64,000 nt of DNA from Pecten maximus (taxonomy: Eukaryota), in contig NC_047016.1 of the NCBI RefSeq assembly GCF_902652985.1, positions 21,824,001-21,888,000 on the forward strand. The letters are read 5' to 3'. A program made the translations under genes and the position numbers. Shown one piece after another: positions 40,601-54,878 of this stretch (position 1 is the stretch's first letter; every line of letters begins with the position of its first letter). The notes beneath the pieces were generated by a model. The model did no database searches. It worked only from the letters and a program-made list of their open reading frames with translations, and was not told where the DNA came from.

Positions 40601-43600
40601 CAGAGGAACATGGTATGAGACGGATAAACCTGCTACACTTACCGGAAGTAGCTTGAAATAAGGAAACTTAATGACATGGCAACCCTTTTTCCGGGTCCAT
40701 GATGGCGTCGGGATGGAAATGTTACGTAGATAAAGGGAAAATATGAAGACCAGGACGATTGTTCTGAAACAAAAACAAAAACAAAACTCAACGCTGAGAC
40801 AGATGTACTAGATTCTAAGTATATCACTACAGACGAAGATCAATTCCATAGATTGATAGGAAGTTTCAATGTTAATTACTCACAGTGCTGATATCCCCCA
40901 CTGTTTCTCACAGAACCGGATAGCCACATCAATCAATGACAAACCGACCAGGGTTATAGTAGGGACGATTGTGATTGGTCCGATATAATTTAAAAGGACC
41001 CCCAACAGTCCAGTACAGCCAATCAAAACCTGCGTTACAGATGCAAGCATGATACCGCCCTGTATCTGCAAATAACAAATAAAAGGGTCATTTTTCTATT
41101 GTTGTATATATCTAGATAAGCATATTATGCTGCATGTTATGACTTTGTTATATGTAGAGGATACAACTTTCTGTTTTGGTTATTGTCATTATGATATATT
41201 TATTTATAGGAATTATATCAACTTGCCATCACTCTCAGTTTGCTTGAAACACCAGGAATATAAACAATGATATACAATGTATATTTGAAAATTAATCGTC
41301 TTGTTTACATCACGTTAAATGTCCTGACCAAGTTTGCATACGTAAGTAAATTGTGTGTGATAAAATGCCATGCACGCTACTGACAATAACAAAATTGCAT
41401 TGTTATATTAAACCAATCTCGCACGAAAAGAAGACATAACAATAGGTGACAGCGCATTGTTGAGTATAACACGCATATTGATAGCTCCTCCGATCCGGAA
41501 AAGGTCGGACCCGATATTCGCGTCGGTATACAATGGAGAAGATAGAAGTGTTTACGTGACAAAATACATGTCTTCGTCAGTGTGACCAAACAAAATTAAG
41601 TGTAGTTTATTGCAGACGTTACTTTGATAAGATTTTTCTATACGTTGAATTCGACTAAAACCCGGACACCTGCCATGTTATCAATTAACGATACAGCTAT
41701 GGGATGTCCCTATCATTTCAGAAGAGTCCTGAAAAAACAAAACTACTGTATGACGTCCTTACATCACTAAGGAGTCCAGACTGACGAAACGAATGTATCT
41801 TGAAGGACAAAACAGCTGTATTGGAGAGCTTTATATCTACTACTTGATATATATATATATATACGCTTTATATCAATTATTCGGCTTTATCTGTATCTTA
41901 TATATATACAATACGATTTATACAACATACACGCTCATTTTAGGGTCTTCAGAAAAGATCCAACATTCCAAAGATTAGATTAATTAAATCATCGGTTAAT
42001 AACCCCCTCATTTGGAATAATAGGATCTAACACAGCAGGATACAATTGATAAATAATACAGTTTTATCGCTTGAGTTTATGTTTAAATGTTAAGTCACCG
42101 ATGTATTTTTGTAAAGCGATAAGATGCTCCATGTTCCATTGGCTAAACGTTTTCGCGTTTCCTGGTGTTATTTTGGCTATAAAGACCTCACCACATTATC
42201 TGGTCTCTGCCAGACTTCATATTTCAATTTCGTAAATCTATTTGTACGTTGCACTTAAAAATTGTTCAAATGACAAACTAATGCAACCTGGACATGCTAC
42301 CGTTGCTGCTTATTTGAGACATTTCTCTAATTAAGGATCATGTCTACGTGTTCCAAGGTTACATATTAACAACCGTATTAACATTATACCAATGATGAAA
42401 CATGAGACATATTTCACATCCGTGACTGTCAGATATCCATGTTTATCTCCCTTATCCGTGACTGTCAGATATCAGTGCTTACCTCCCTTATCCGTGACTG
42501 TCAGATATCCGTACTTACCTCCATTATCCGTGACTGTCAGATATCCCTGCTTACCGCCCTTATCTGTGACTGTCAGATATCCGTACTTACCTCCTTTATC
42601 CGTAACTGTCAGATATCCGTACTTACCTCCCTTATCCGTGACTGTCATATATCCGCGCTTACCTCCCTTATCCATGACTGTCAGATATCTGTGTTTATCT
42701 CCCTTATCCGTGACTGTCAGATATCCGCGCTTACCTCCTTTATTCGTGACTGCCAGATACCCGTGCTTACCGCCCTTATCCGTGACAGTCAGATATCCGT
42801 ACTTACCTCCCTTATCCGTGACTGTCAGATATCTGTGTTTATCTCCCTTATCCGTGACTGTCAGATATCCATACTTAACTCCCTTATCCGTGACTGTCAG
42901 ATATCCGTGTTTATCTCCCTTATCCGTGACTGTCAGATATCCGTGCTTACCTCCCTTATCCGTAACTGTCAGATATCCGTGTTTATCTCCCTTATCCGTG
43001 ACTGTCAGATATCCATACTTACCTCCTTTATCCGTAACTGTCAGATATCCGTGCATACTTCCCTTATCCGTGACTGTCAGATATCCGTGCTTACCTCCCT
43101 TATCCGCAACTGCCAAATTTCCGTTCTATCCAGAACAGTACCGTTGAAGGTAGCATTACTCGTGTCGAAAATCTCAGCAGCTAAAATGAAGCACACATTC
43201 GTATGGATACGTTTGTTGGCATTAATATAACAGTCGGTATAATTTGAAAAGCAGAATCTTAAATGTCTTGCGCACATATGTATTTCTATGCAGCTAAAAG
43301 AGTTGATGGCTCTAAATTTAACACCAGAACCTCAAGTGAATTGGAATTATATCTAGGTATTACTGATTTCACGTCTATTGCAAGATCGCATGTTGTACCT
43401 GTCGTGTCAATATCCGGGCACCTCCATTTCTCAATGGCTAGTAGGGCAGTGATGGCGGGAATGAACTTGTGACATCCTCCCTGTATGATGGGGAGTCTGC
43501 GAAGAAATTCACAAGGTATAGCTACCTTATTGACTCAGCGTAAGCAAATAGAACAGCATTACAACATTTTAATTCAGTCTAAATAGTCGTGTTAATCAAT

Positions 43601-45587
43601 TGTCTTTGGTATCGTTGAGATTGACTATGTCATGCGGTGATAAACATCCTTGTTGTGGCGAGTTCGAAAGCGTTGCCCTCATACTTTAGGGAATATGGGC
43701 GGATCATAGACTTTGATTAAACATGACGAACCTCGAACAAGCTACCTGTTTGTATAAACCTAACTTCCACCATTGTGATAATGAAATTTCACCTTGTAGT
43801 GAAAATAGTTGAAACGTTTTATCAATCCGACGAATCTTTATTGCATTTGCGGTATCACATTCTCGGTCGGAATTTACTATGCCATTTTGTTTTCATTTCA
43901 AAATCTTTATCATCCGATATTTGGAAATACTCCTAAGCGTCAGGGGTCAACGAAAGTCCGTCGTTAGAAAAAATGCACATGAAACGAAGTGTCCTGATAT
44001 ACGTACCTGACACCTACAACCACCTGAAGTATGGTACACACACCACACATAAAGAGAAAGGTGGACATGATCTCCGACTTGACCACCTGTAGGTCCCCGG
44101 CACAGATTTTGTCGCTCACGATCAGCGGGATAGAGATGGTGGAACTGATAGATAGAAGTACTTGCTGTCAACAACAAACAATATAATTATTAAATGTATG
44201 CATACTCGACGTTGAACAATACACTAAACTAAAGAAAATATCTATCTGATAAGACCATTCCAACTTGTATATATAGAGCAGTTTGTTGACAATCATAATT
44301 TCCCCGTAATTGGATCGTTTTACAAGGTCGATTGACAGCTGTATATTTTGGGTGTATTGACAGACAAGGCTAGTACCTGTGGTGTTGCAATACATGCAGA
44401 TACACGTTCGGATGGCAATACATACTAATTGTTTCTTTTAATTTGGCATTCTATTAACATATTCATTCCCCTAATTCTCGCTGGTGTTGGTGTATAATTT
44501 AATACCGAAATGCCATATGTTACAGTATAGCGTGTTACTGGAAATATTGAAATATTTTGTTTTCATCACAGATCCCATCGCTAATGATCGGCATCATCTT
44601 TATCACATGTTGATCAAGTCCAAGTTTCTAATAAAGAATATTAGGACTAGCTAGATGTGAGACAGGTGCTCGAGACTCTTTACCCAGCCTTTAATTCAGA
44701 TAGTATGCGATTGAAATGCAAACACACGATTCAAAGCATACCTGTTCTTGATCATTTCCCGTAAAACACTTAAAATGCACTGGCATTCAGCCGAAACGCG
44801 ATATCTCCATACCAATATAAGAGAGCGTTTCTTTATTGATATGTAATTCTATACTGCAGGAACTTTTTGAAGCACCTCGTATGTGTGGAATTACACTCAA
44901 TATCGTTCCAAGTCAGACGTGTATGTTTTGTTTGTACACACGTACACTTCGACACCTATGTAAAGAAAAGCGTTGATATTTATGTGTTTACAGGATGTTC
45001 ATCATCACATAACTGTGGTGCGTTGTGCCGCTACATGTATCACGTACAGAGTGTGCATATGTACACGTGCTAACAACCATTTATTACATCAAAACAGGCT
45101 CACGTGTAACTGGTACTGGTAATAATGTAAATATGTTCACACATCGACAGAGTTATCATTTTAATAAATATATCCTGTTACATCAAATACTTCTCCTTTA
45201 GTAATGTCGGTGACTGAGAAGGGTAGTAAATCAACTAAACACTGCTAAACTAAATATCAAATTTCGCTATCCAAGCATATTCAATTGTATTGAACCCCCT
45301 CGGCTACCGAAGTTGATAAACATTGTGTAATTGTGTTTTTAACGTACCTGGAGGCCGAAAATAAAACACATATGCACTGAAGGCAAATCATCAACTCCAT
45401 ACTCCAGACCGATGTAGCGGCCCTTTTCTGACTTCTTAAATGTGGAGATTCCGTTCGAGACTCTTGGGCCACTTCCACATAATCCACCTACATCGGATGA
45501 AGAATGATGAAGCTCGAGATGGCATTCTTCTCGGTCGTTTTCGTCTGTTTCGCATGAAGACTTGGTGAAATGTGTGAACTCAGCCAT
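37694..45587 (-). CDS. SLC23 / nucleobase-ascorbate transporter (NAT) family gene, 11 coding exons, ~653 aa
   Basis: Phase-consistent exons: 45587-45348, 44164-44007, 43496-43399, 43180-43095, 41065-40884, 40763-40643, 40554-40398, 39945-39692, 39379-39106, 39002-38907, 37989-37694 (1962 nt). Motifs: [94 protein letters not shown]. Confidence 0.93.
38428..38491 (+). mobile_element. 3' tail of a 5'-truncated SINE
   Basis: ggaggccgtccttaaatgaccttagctgttaataggacgttaaactaaataaaccaaaccaaa, a SINE-like tail ending in (aaacc)n. Confidence 0.5.
38612..38791 (+). mobile_element. tRNA-derived SINE-like insertion
   Basis: A box tggcacagcgg, B box gagttcgaggcc, flanked on both sides by tatatatacata. 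Confidence 0.6.
42418..43110. repeat. 36-bp minisatellite (~19 copies) built from the SLC23 exon 4/intron 4 junction
   Basis: Unit gtgactgtcagatatccgtgcttacctcccttatcc; on the gene strand it reads ggataagggag|gtaagcacggatatctgacagtcac. Confidence 0.95.
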
Positions 45588-46585
45588 TTGGATGCACTAC
45601 CTTCCGTGGAGATGTGGGTGCAGAGGTGAGCTTGACCAAGTTCGGACCTACCGTTTACACAGTCGAGCGGTCAGTTTATGACAACTGACAACATTCAGTG
45701 TCGTCATAAATCAGGATTGTTTGTACTGTCACGGATGGATTCGTGTTCACGTGTTGGTTTTATATGTTAGATACTGGTAGTGACATACATACATAAATCA
45801 CCCAGGGGGACAAGACTTTCTTCTATGTGAAGGTGAAGGTCATCACAAAGTTTAAAATAACATGTTAAAATTGCTCTCAATATATCGGATGACGAATTGA
45901 GAACACCAAATTCAATTATGCGATACACAATTACACCGATCGTAGATTTATAGAGGTATTAGATAATACATAAAACACTGTAAGTAGAAACGTATTAAAT
46001 GGCTGTAAGACAATGACACATCGACTCCGTGACAGCCGGTATACAGTTATTACCTGGCAGGGTAGGTAATCGGCGTGTATACAATATACATCAGGTGTAT
46101 TGTACGTATATACCTTTACCTGTAGACAGTGTTTTACGGGTCATCGATCCACGGAAACTTATGTTTGAACATTTCTTGGTGATTCTTGTGTCATTTGAAT
46201 TTCTATAATTAGCTTACCGTGTTGCTTTGAGGGATTGAGAGTTCTACCTGCTGTTTGGATGTACAATATTCCTTTTTTTTTACATGCAAAATATAAGTTA
46301 CTGAATTTTATTAAAGTGTGGTCTATTGTTCCAACTCTTATCTATAAACAAATTTTCTGTAATGGATGGGGTTTGTTAAAACATGTGAATCTTGTACAGT
46401 GCCGTTGGTTGTCCATTTTGTTTGTAATGTGTATTTATGTGGAATAAATGGCGAGCTACTTTCCCCCGTTACCTAGCCTTGTCGATCTCGTATTTCAGAC
46501 CACATTTTAGAGTGTGCCTCTTGGATTACTTCACCTTAGGTTTGTGAACACACGTGTGCCTGTCTCATGGTCCTATCAGTCTCGT

Positions 46586-47160
46586 TTTCAGCTTACCTGG
46601 TCCGACGGTGATCTTATGCCATGGTGCGGCGTCCGTCCGTCAACATTTGCTTTAAATCGCTACTAGTCATAAACTACTGAAACGATTTTAACCAACTTTG
46701 GTCAGAAAGGTCCGTGGGAGTACAGATTGTGCATTAATGGCGGGGCCCAATTTGGGAAATAAAGGTAATTTCTTTTAATCGCTACTAGTCATAAAGTTTT
46801 GAATGGATTTCGACCCATTTTGTTGTTTAAAAACATCCTTGAATTATGCATTAATAGTGACTCTGAGCCCCAAGGGGCGAGAGGTCGGGGCCCGATAGGG
46901 GGAATAGGGGTAATTCCTTTAAAATGCTACTAGTCATAAAGTTATTGATTGATTTGAACCCAGTTTAATCAGAAACATCCTTGGGGGGAAGGGGAACAGA
47001 CTTTGCATAAATGGTGACTTTGATCCCTAAGGGGCAAGAGGGGTGGAGCTCAATAGCTGAAATTGACGTAAATCCTTTATATCCCAAAAACTTGCCCTAA
47101 ATTACTACATGGATTTTGATGAAATTTAGTCTGAAGCATTATTTTGCTAACGGGATCTAA
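46586..47160 (-). mobile_element. Second, older HINE-type element of the same satellite family (~3 degenerate monomers), reverse orientation
   Basis: tttcagcttacctggtccgacggtgatcttatgccatggtgcggcgtccgtccgtcaacatttgctttaaatcgctactagtcat is the reverse complement of the 28490-28596 terminus, followed by diverged monomers. Confidence 0.75.
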
Positions 47161-48858
47161 TGTTCTGTGAAAGGACGGTATGGGTCCCTCAGGGCTGGAG
47201 AGAGAGGGCTTAAGGTAGACCGACCCTTCGGGTTTCCTCTGATAGATCTCCTTAATTTTATTTTTATTTCAATGTTAATTATGCTCTTATCACAAAAAGC
47301 ACATAAAAAACATATGTCACCACGTTCGTTTTACTACCAGGGCCACATAAAGATACGTATTAATTAATAGCTGAACCATATTTTTAAGGATTTTGGTAGA
47401 TTTTATCTTTCCCCGATAATATTCACCTCAAGCATAAAAAGAAGTTTATATCCTATTTATATCATCAGTATGAGCAATATCATTCATAATTATCAAAAAA
47501 AGAGAAGATTCTTTGGGTGGTTAACAAAATATGGCTATTTTTATACGAAAAACCTGTTATTTTTAGTGAAAAATTGATTTAAAAAAATACACGTTTATTT
47601 TTTTCCTGAAAAAATGAACAGAAAAATTACCCCCTTTTTTTTGCTTAATTAAAAATTTCATATGTATGCTTTAAGAAAAAAAAAGAAAAATAACACCTCA
47701 CCATATTTCTTTTCACACTATGGCCGTTTACTTTGCTGGTACCCCAAAACTTTTGCTTCAAGTATGGCTCAAATTACCAAATTAGAGCAGTTATTTTGGA
47801 ATCTGAGATTGATGAATTTTTTTGTTAAATCTTTACCATTTTCTTTCATAAATTATATTGTAATCTATGTTACTGGTGCTTTTTTTTCTAGAAGAATTTT
47901 ATTTGTTTGATTTCCCAAACGCAATTAACTTTTTCCGGATATTTTCCTCTTTTCCGGATGAAAATTAGAACATTACACTAACGGTCCTTCAGACGCTTGC
48001 TTCTAATACGCCATGTGAAACGAAGCGTATCGGTGATACAGAATGCCAGAACATGCACAATATGAGCTTCATTTGCAGCGCTAAACAATGTTGCTCGAGT
48101 GTCGAGTGTCGAGCGTTCCAACCTATGCGATAATGTAATTTGAATGAAGGCAAAGCCTTAGAAGAACGCAGCTATGACAGTAATCACTCACCGTAACATG
48201 TATATACTACCACATTTTCAGATTTTAGACTTTTTTTTTTAAATCTAAATCTAAACATGTAAACACATTGTAACATAAACTATGTATTACATCTAAACAT
48301 CTATACATGAAAGTATATATGAAAATTCCTTAGACAGTATGTCTACAGAAAATTGAAATCCCATAGCCCAAGTCATTTTTCCATAGACCCATTTTGTAAA
48401 CATATTGTTGAAAAGTAGCATTACTGTCACGCAAACGCTTGCATCATCCAGTAATAACACGCTATTATGGGTTAAAAAAACCTCTATTTTAAGCTCTGAT
48501 TTCATATCATCATTTGTCAGAAAATATTGGAATGTTGTTTACATGAATTGTAATGTATGTCAGGACTCAAACTTTTCATAGCCATTGGGGCCAACACTAA
48601 GAAACTTTACATATACCGACCAGGTTTTCTATAGCCTCTGGCCATCGGACCACCTTTACTTTCGAACACTGACAGAATTGTTTATTGTTTGTCCTGATGT
48701 GAATTTCATTGTCTTTACTTTGCACTGTTGGATTCCAAATGATCGTGCACTTAATAATGGCATCAGTATTCTACTGCCATATTTCTTTACTATTAACAAC
48801 GTAAAAGGGCAGACGATACAACAATATTTTCATGATATATATAACAGAAAAGCGAATT

Positions 48859-48928
48859 TAGTGCCTCCACAAGGGGTTAAACCCGCGACCCTCTGCTTAC
48901 TGCTCCGTCGCTCTACCGACTGACTTAA
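48859..48928 (-). pseudogene. tRNA-derived sequence (Thr-like pseudo-tRNA or SINE head); a related degenerate copy lies at ~49115-49175
   Basis: Minus strand reads agtcagtcggtagagcgacggagcagtaagcagagggtcgcgggtttaaccccttgtggaggcac: D-arm and T-arm-like motifs, with an altered B box. Confidence 0.4.
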
Positions 48929-49573
48929 TGGAAATTCCCCCACCTGAAATCACTATGTACCCTATTTACAATTAAAACCTGCCTCACTATTCCTCACTTT
49001 TCAAACGTGTTCGCCCCGAACACACATTAAGCCAGGTTTTATCCCCAACGAAGCCTCTAATTTTCATATAGCTTGCACTTGGAGTGGTCAACCGATGTAA
49101 CAGAAAAGCAAGTAGTGTGCCTCCACCGTCATCGAACCGCGACCCCAGGCTTTACTCACCGGGTTCAATCGTACTGACCGGGCGCCGGTGCTTACACCTG
49201 GGCGTCGATGAATTTTACACCCGGGCAACGATAATTTCTATAGAAAATGAACGCCGAAGACGGGATCGGAAGAACGGTTGGAATATTTTTTCTCTTTTTT
49301 GATGTGATAATGATGTCCTTCAAGGAAAATAACCCGACCACGGAACAAAATGATAAATTGGCTATAACTTGCAAGGATAACTGACAGGAAAAACACCTCT
49401 CATTTTTTGCTAATTCTCCCACATTGTAGGCGGGTATGACCAAATTATGCCGCAATCCACGAATTATGCAACATATACAGCAAAATCCGCGATCGAAATG
49501 ACTGTAAATCTCACAGTTTATCGGAATTATATATTTTGACATTGTCAAGTCTTATTGGATTGATTGGTAATAG

Positions 49574-49605
49574 CAGAGACCTATATACTAGTATATAGGT
49601 CTCTG
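49574..49605. mobile_element. 32-bp perfect palindromic mini-element (CA..TG) with 7-bp TSD
   Basis: gtaatag[cagagacctatatactagtatataggtctctg]gtaatag. Confidence 0.75.
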
Positions 49606-49955
49606 GTAATAGTTAAATAGGAAAATTAAACATTTCCGTATTTTACACCTGTGGCAACGAAGACGCTCTTGAGCTTAACACCCGGGCGCCGCAATTTGCT
49701 GACATGGTAGTGATGTAGAAATTACCAGAGTTGGCCTTTTGATGGTTTTTATTTATGTATTTTTTGCATTTATGCAACTCGTTACAATTCATTCACGGAC
49801 ATGCCTCTTTAAAGGGTCCGAATTTGTGCTTGTCAATCTGTCATCCGTTTTTGTTATGATCTATTTATAAAACTGCTCGAACCTGGTAGAGAGCTCCCCA
49901 TGGAGTGAAATCTCCAGCCTGGACCGATCACAAGAAACGTGTTTTATAGGCCTAC

Positions 49956-50559
49956 CACAGGTCCTAGCCTCGTCTGTCAATACACCCAATATATAATCAA
50001 GGTCAATAACTCGATCGGCATAGATAACCCACCTAATTTCAGGAAAATTGTAATTGTAGACAAACCATCGAAGATGTGCCGCTGGTAATGGTCTCAATCG
50101 ACAGACAAATGTCCCCCCTTTAATTTGGTATATAATTCACTATATATATAGTCATAGAACTATCACTAGACGTCACAAAACATCGAAAATTAGTCAGATT
50201 TTATTTAGTCGGACACTCATCTGTCCAGCGAATAACACGAAATGTCTCTAGAGAGTAGCTTCAACAGTACCGCATGTCAGCACTCCAGTCTCTAAACGAT
50301 GAAACTTAGGCAGGAAACAAACTTACTTGCACATGTGTTCCTATCTAAAAATTACCCTGTTGCTCGCCTCTGGCTTTTGTTGATAACGCATCGCTGATTT
50401 TATGCCTGAAGCCGCCATGTTTTCCGCTGTGTAAGAAGTTGTTATCTCAACGCTGATTGGTTCGTTATTTTCAGGTAATTCGACCTTCACATTCGCTAAT
50501 TCTCTCGAAACTCTCGGGGTTTTTCATATCACAATCGCTAAACGGAAATCGTATCCGAA
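49956..50559 (+). repeat. Left TIR (604 bp)
   Basis: Reverse complement of 60463-61066. Confidence 0.95.
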
Positions 50560-51629
50560 CAATGTAATTGGCGGACTTTTCGAATGGTGTTATTTAGCGG
50601 AATTTTTTTAGCAGACGAACTTTAAGGATGGCAGTTGTCACTTGGTAATTCTTAATTATTTATGGAAACCATTATATCATAGGCATGAGACAGTTAAGAA
50701 TTTTCAGATATTAATCATGAGTTAAAAATTATATTACAGACAAAAAATATATGACTATATGTCTTTGATTGATTACATATAGATGCATCATTACTATGTT
50801 ACTTAATAGCAAACTTAATTAAAGGGCCGATGGGAATTGTTTAGACCTATGACAGGCCATAGCTATCATAGTGATTTTTTATGTATATTTTAAATTTTTA
50901 GTAATTAACTGGTGTTATTTATTTGATAATAGCACAGCATGTTTTATGCAAATTATGGTTCAGCAGTTTAATTTTATCTGAACTTAAAATTGAAAACAAG
51001 ATCTGTCGGAGGACCGCATCTTTTAGTTAGACTCATGAACATGAGGAGATAGTCTATTCCCTCATGGGGACCATAATACCAAATATAAACACAACTAGAA
51101 AATAGTCTGCAAGATATGTAAGCCGCAATGTGAAAACAAGTCATGTGACAACCATTGTTGAACATGTACAGATCATGTGACTTATGAAGATTGTCCAGCT
51201 GATTTATGTGACACACCATAAGCTTGATCAACATATATACAGTACTAGTTATGAGACATCCATTGATCAACAGCTTACACCAAAACTGTAACATTTGAAA
51301 CAATATATATAATATTATTGCAATGAGAAATAAAACCCATCCAATGATAAAATTCAACAAGAGCAGGAGGTACATTATGAAACTGTAAATACCAGCAGCA
51401 ATACAGAACAAATAATAAAATGGAAAAAAAATTAAAGATTGATTGAATGTTCAATATGAAAATATACATAGTGTTAGTGTAAATCAGACATATTACATAC
51501 CATTTAAGAAGTATGACACTAGCTACACCATATTGCATCTCTAGATCTATTAAACACAAGAAGTGAGTGTACATGCATGTGAAACTATCTACTTACAATG
51601 AGGAAGTATACCACAGCTCTTTCATTACA

Positions 51630-52260
51630 CACTGAAGAAATGTGGCACTGTTCCTCCATTACACACATTATAAGTGTGGCACTGTCCCTCCATTACACAC
51701 ACTGAAGAAGTGTGGCACTGTTCCTCCATTACACACATTATAAGTGTGGCACTGTTCCTCCATTACACACATTATAAGTGTGGCACTGTCCCTCCATTAC
51801 ACACACTGAAGAAGTGTGGCACTGTTCCTCCATTACACACATTATAAGTGTGGCACTGTCCCTCCATTACACACACTAGAAGTGTGGCACTGTTCCTCCA
51901 TTACACACACTGAAGAAGCGTGGCACTGTTCCTCCATTACACACACTAGAAGTGTGTTCCTCCATTACACACACTAGAAGTGTGGCACTGTTCCTCCATT
52001 ACACACACTGAAGAAGTGTGGCACTGTTCCTCCATTACACACATTATAAGTGTGGCACTGTTCCTCCATTACACACATTATAAGTGTGGCACTGTCCCTC
52101 CATTACACACACTGAAGAAGTGTGGCACTGTTCCTCCATTACACACACTAGAAGTGTGGCACTGTTCCTCCATTACACACACTAGAAGTGTGATACTGTT
52201 CCTTTATTACACACACTAGAAGTGTGTTCCTCCATTACACACACTGAGAAAGTGTGACAC
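51630..52260. repeat. ~33-36-bp minisatellite inside the P element (~18 copies)
   Basis: Unit aagtgtggcactgttcctccattacacac(attat/actgaag/actag). Confidence 0.93.
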
Positions 52261-52355
52261 TATATATATATATATATCACACACAATTTGGAATCCAGAA
52301 AAATATGTTTGATTTGTTATGAAATAATGGTAGTTTTAACATTTCTAAATCTAAT

Positions 52356-54225
52356 TTATTGACAGTCATTACAGAAAAACCTTACTCCTTCTTGTCTTGC
52401 ATTGTCCCACTTTTTTTTTGAACGAAGCCCTGCACAGTTCCTGTGTAGCCATTTAGAGCAGCTTTCACAGTATATCCAATACAATACACTACCAACTTTA
52501 TTGCAAACTTTGCAGACTTCCTCTTCTTCAGGATCTTTTTGAAGCATTGCTTCACCCTCTTCAGTCGAGGTACCTTTAGGTTCTTTCTGAGTGTCCTCAA
52601 AAGAATCTGCTGCAGAACTTGGTCCTGGTTGAGGTTCTGAAAGAGTAGTTGTCTCTGCCATCTTGGATTCTGTGTCATGGTGAATGACGTTTGGATTTGG
52701 CATGGCATTACTGGCGAGTATCCTTGCTTTCAAGTCCTGCATTAATTTTGCTTTTGTATAAACCCTTGATACCTTCAGAGAGTATGCCTTGCATAATGTT
52801 TGGAGGTTGGTCTTGGTAAATGACTTCAAAACATCTTTCTGTTGGAGAAGTAAACCTTTCAGTAAATTGTGTGACATATCTTTACCTATGGAGTTATCTT
52901 TACTGATACTATCAAAGCTGACTGTTCCCTGAATATCACTTTGTTTTGATTTCTTGATCAAAATTTGCTTTCTGTGAGCTAATGTTTTCTCCACTGAAAA
53001 TGCTTGAAGCAGGTCTTTCCTAAATTGATTAAGCATCACCATGACAAACTTCTCAACAATATCCTTGTAAATACACTCGGTCACAGAGACTTCCAATGTG
53101 AGTTTATTGAGAATGTCTTCAACGACTGATGAACCCACATCACATGTATTTTCATACAAAGAAAAACTTTTCATAGGCACTGTCTTGACAACTTTCAGAA
53201 ACTGTTCGTAAAGTTGAATATTCCCCATGATTACATTAAAGCATTGACTGTGGAGATGTTGACCGTGTTGATGGAGATGTTGATCAGTCAGGTTTGTAAG
53301 ACAATGTTCACACAGCTTCATGAAAAATAAGAATAGTTCATCTCTGATCTGAGTTAACCCCCTGCTTACATTTTGTTTCCTGATGACATCAACCAATGTT
53401 TCAGGAAGAGCAGAATGTTTTTCCAACACAACCTCATTCTCCCTTAAAGCATCAAGTATGTTGATTGCCATTGTTGATTCCTCATACTGTTGCTGGTCTT
53501 CAATGCTGACTTTGGTTGCTCTTGTCTTCTGAAGCTGCAGATTGCGATATCTGACCTTACTGATACAATACCCACCAACATAACGGATCCTCGCTTTTGA
53601 TGCACTGGTCACAAACCTCTGGTAAGTGGATTTCTTGGTTGTCTGGAAGAGGTCAACCTTCTCCTGAAGCAAGAACTTCCTTACCTCCACTGCCAACTTG
53701 TAGCAGATGTGGGCTTGGGCATCAGAATGTATGGGCAGGTCTTGAAACAGTATCATGGTAGTCAAGAGGTATTCCTGGCTTGTTTGATGCCGATTGCATT
53801 TTTCATAAAAATGACAAAGAGCCTCAGACTTTACTGGACCAGAGGCAGTGACGTTGAGGTCTTCCATAAATGCAGACAAAACTAAGAATTGTTTTTTGCA
53901 GAAGTCTGCAACCCTCTCAACATGAAACTTCAGCAAATGGTCAATCAATTCATTTGATTCCGTTTGTATAGCTGTGGCTTCATGCTTTGATCGCATTGTT
54001 TGAAGGAGAGCCCCTGGGTCAAATGAAGCCGGCAAAGTATACTCAGATAGTTCATCAGTTGAGAATACACTGTCAGATACAATGATTTTGTTGAAGTCAT
54101 CATCAAAAGTATCTTCATCTTCCTCTTCTGTTTCTGCTTCACCTTCACATCCGAGATTCCCATCAACAATGAAATCGTCGTCGTCATCTGGCCCAAATAT
54201 GGTCTGCCAATCCATGGACACCTGT
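52356..54225 (-). CDS. PHD-finger-containing exon; predicted last exon of the PIF1-PHD fusion gene
   Basis: 621-aa open frame preceded by acceptor aatttttcag. C-terminal C4HC3 PHD: CKVC...WIYCESCSKWLHRNCAGL...FFCNDC. Acidic N-terminal part. Confidence 0.85.
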
Positions 54226-54878
54226 CTGAAAAATTAAAAACAATAAAAATTGGTGATAATTATTATAAATGTTACAGTAAATGTCTGACTCCCCCAGGCC
54301 TACCAGCTGAACATTTTCCATTAAAATCTCTTAACAAAAATGCATTAAATCCTTGTTTATGGATAATGTATGATGAAAGAAATGACCTTGCACCATTTTG
54401 AAGGTTACAGGGGTATATATGTTTAAAAAAAATAACATTTCTATATATAAACCAAAAGTTATGTTTAAGTTCATACAAACTTTTATCATTTCTTTATTCA
54501 ACTTCAATATCAACAAACTTTATTAACACAGAAAGAAAGTCAATAGGATAGCCTATCTAAGTCTTCTCCTTAGTAACAACAGGTGGTAAGAAATACAGAC
54601 AAATATAATGTATATGTACACATTGATATGACAAATTAACTTACATATATATATATACAATTGAAATCAAATATATCGGGGATAGATAACACATTATATA
54701 CAGTCTCGAATATGTCATGACGTTTATTTGTGTGTATATATATTTGTGTGAAGGAGTTAAGGTGTGTATGATATAAATATAAAGTAAACATAAAAAGACC
54801 AACAGTACAAATGTGTTTACAGTTTGTAGGTTATTATTAAAGGCTTATTAACTAAATTGCTTATCTTTCTAATTTCAG

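Noticed and set aside
42392-43230. ORFs of 251, 263 and 214 aa with 12-aa repeats
   Set aside because: Translation of the 36-bp intronic minisatellite; only 43180-43095 is a real SLC23 exon.
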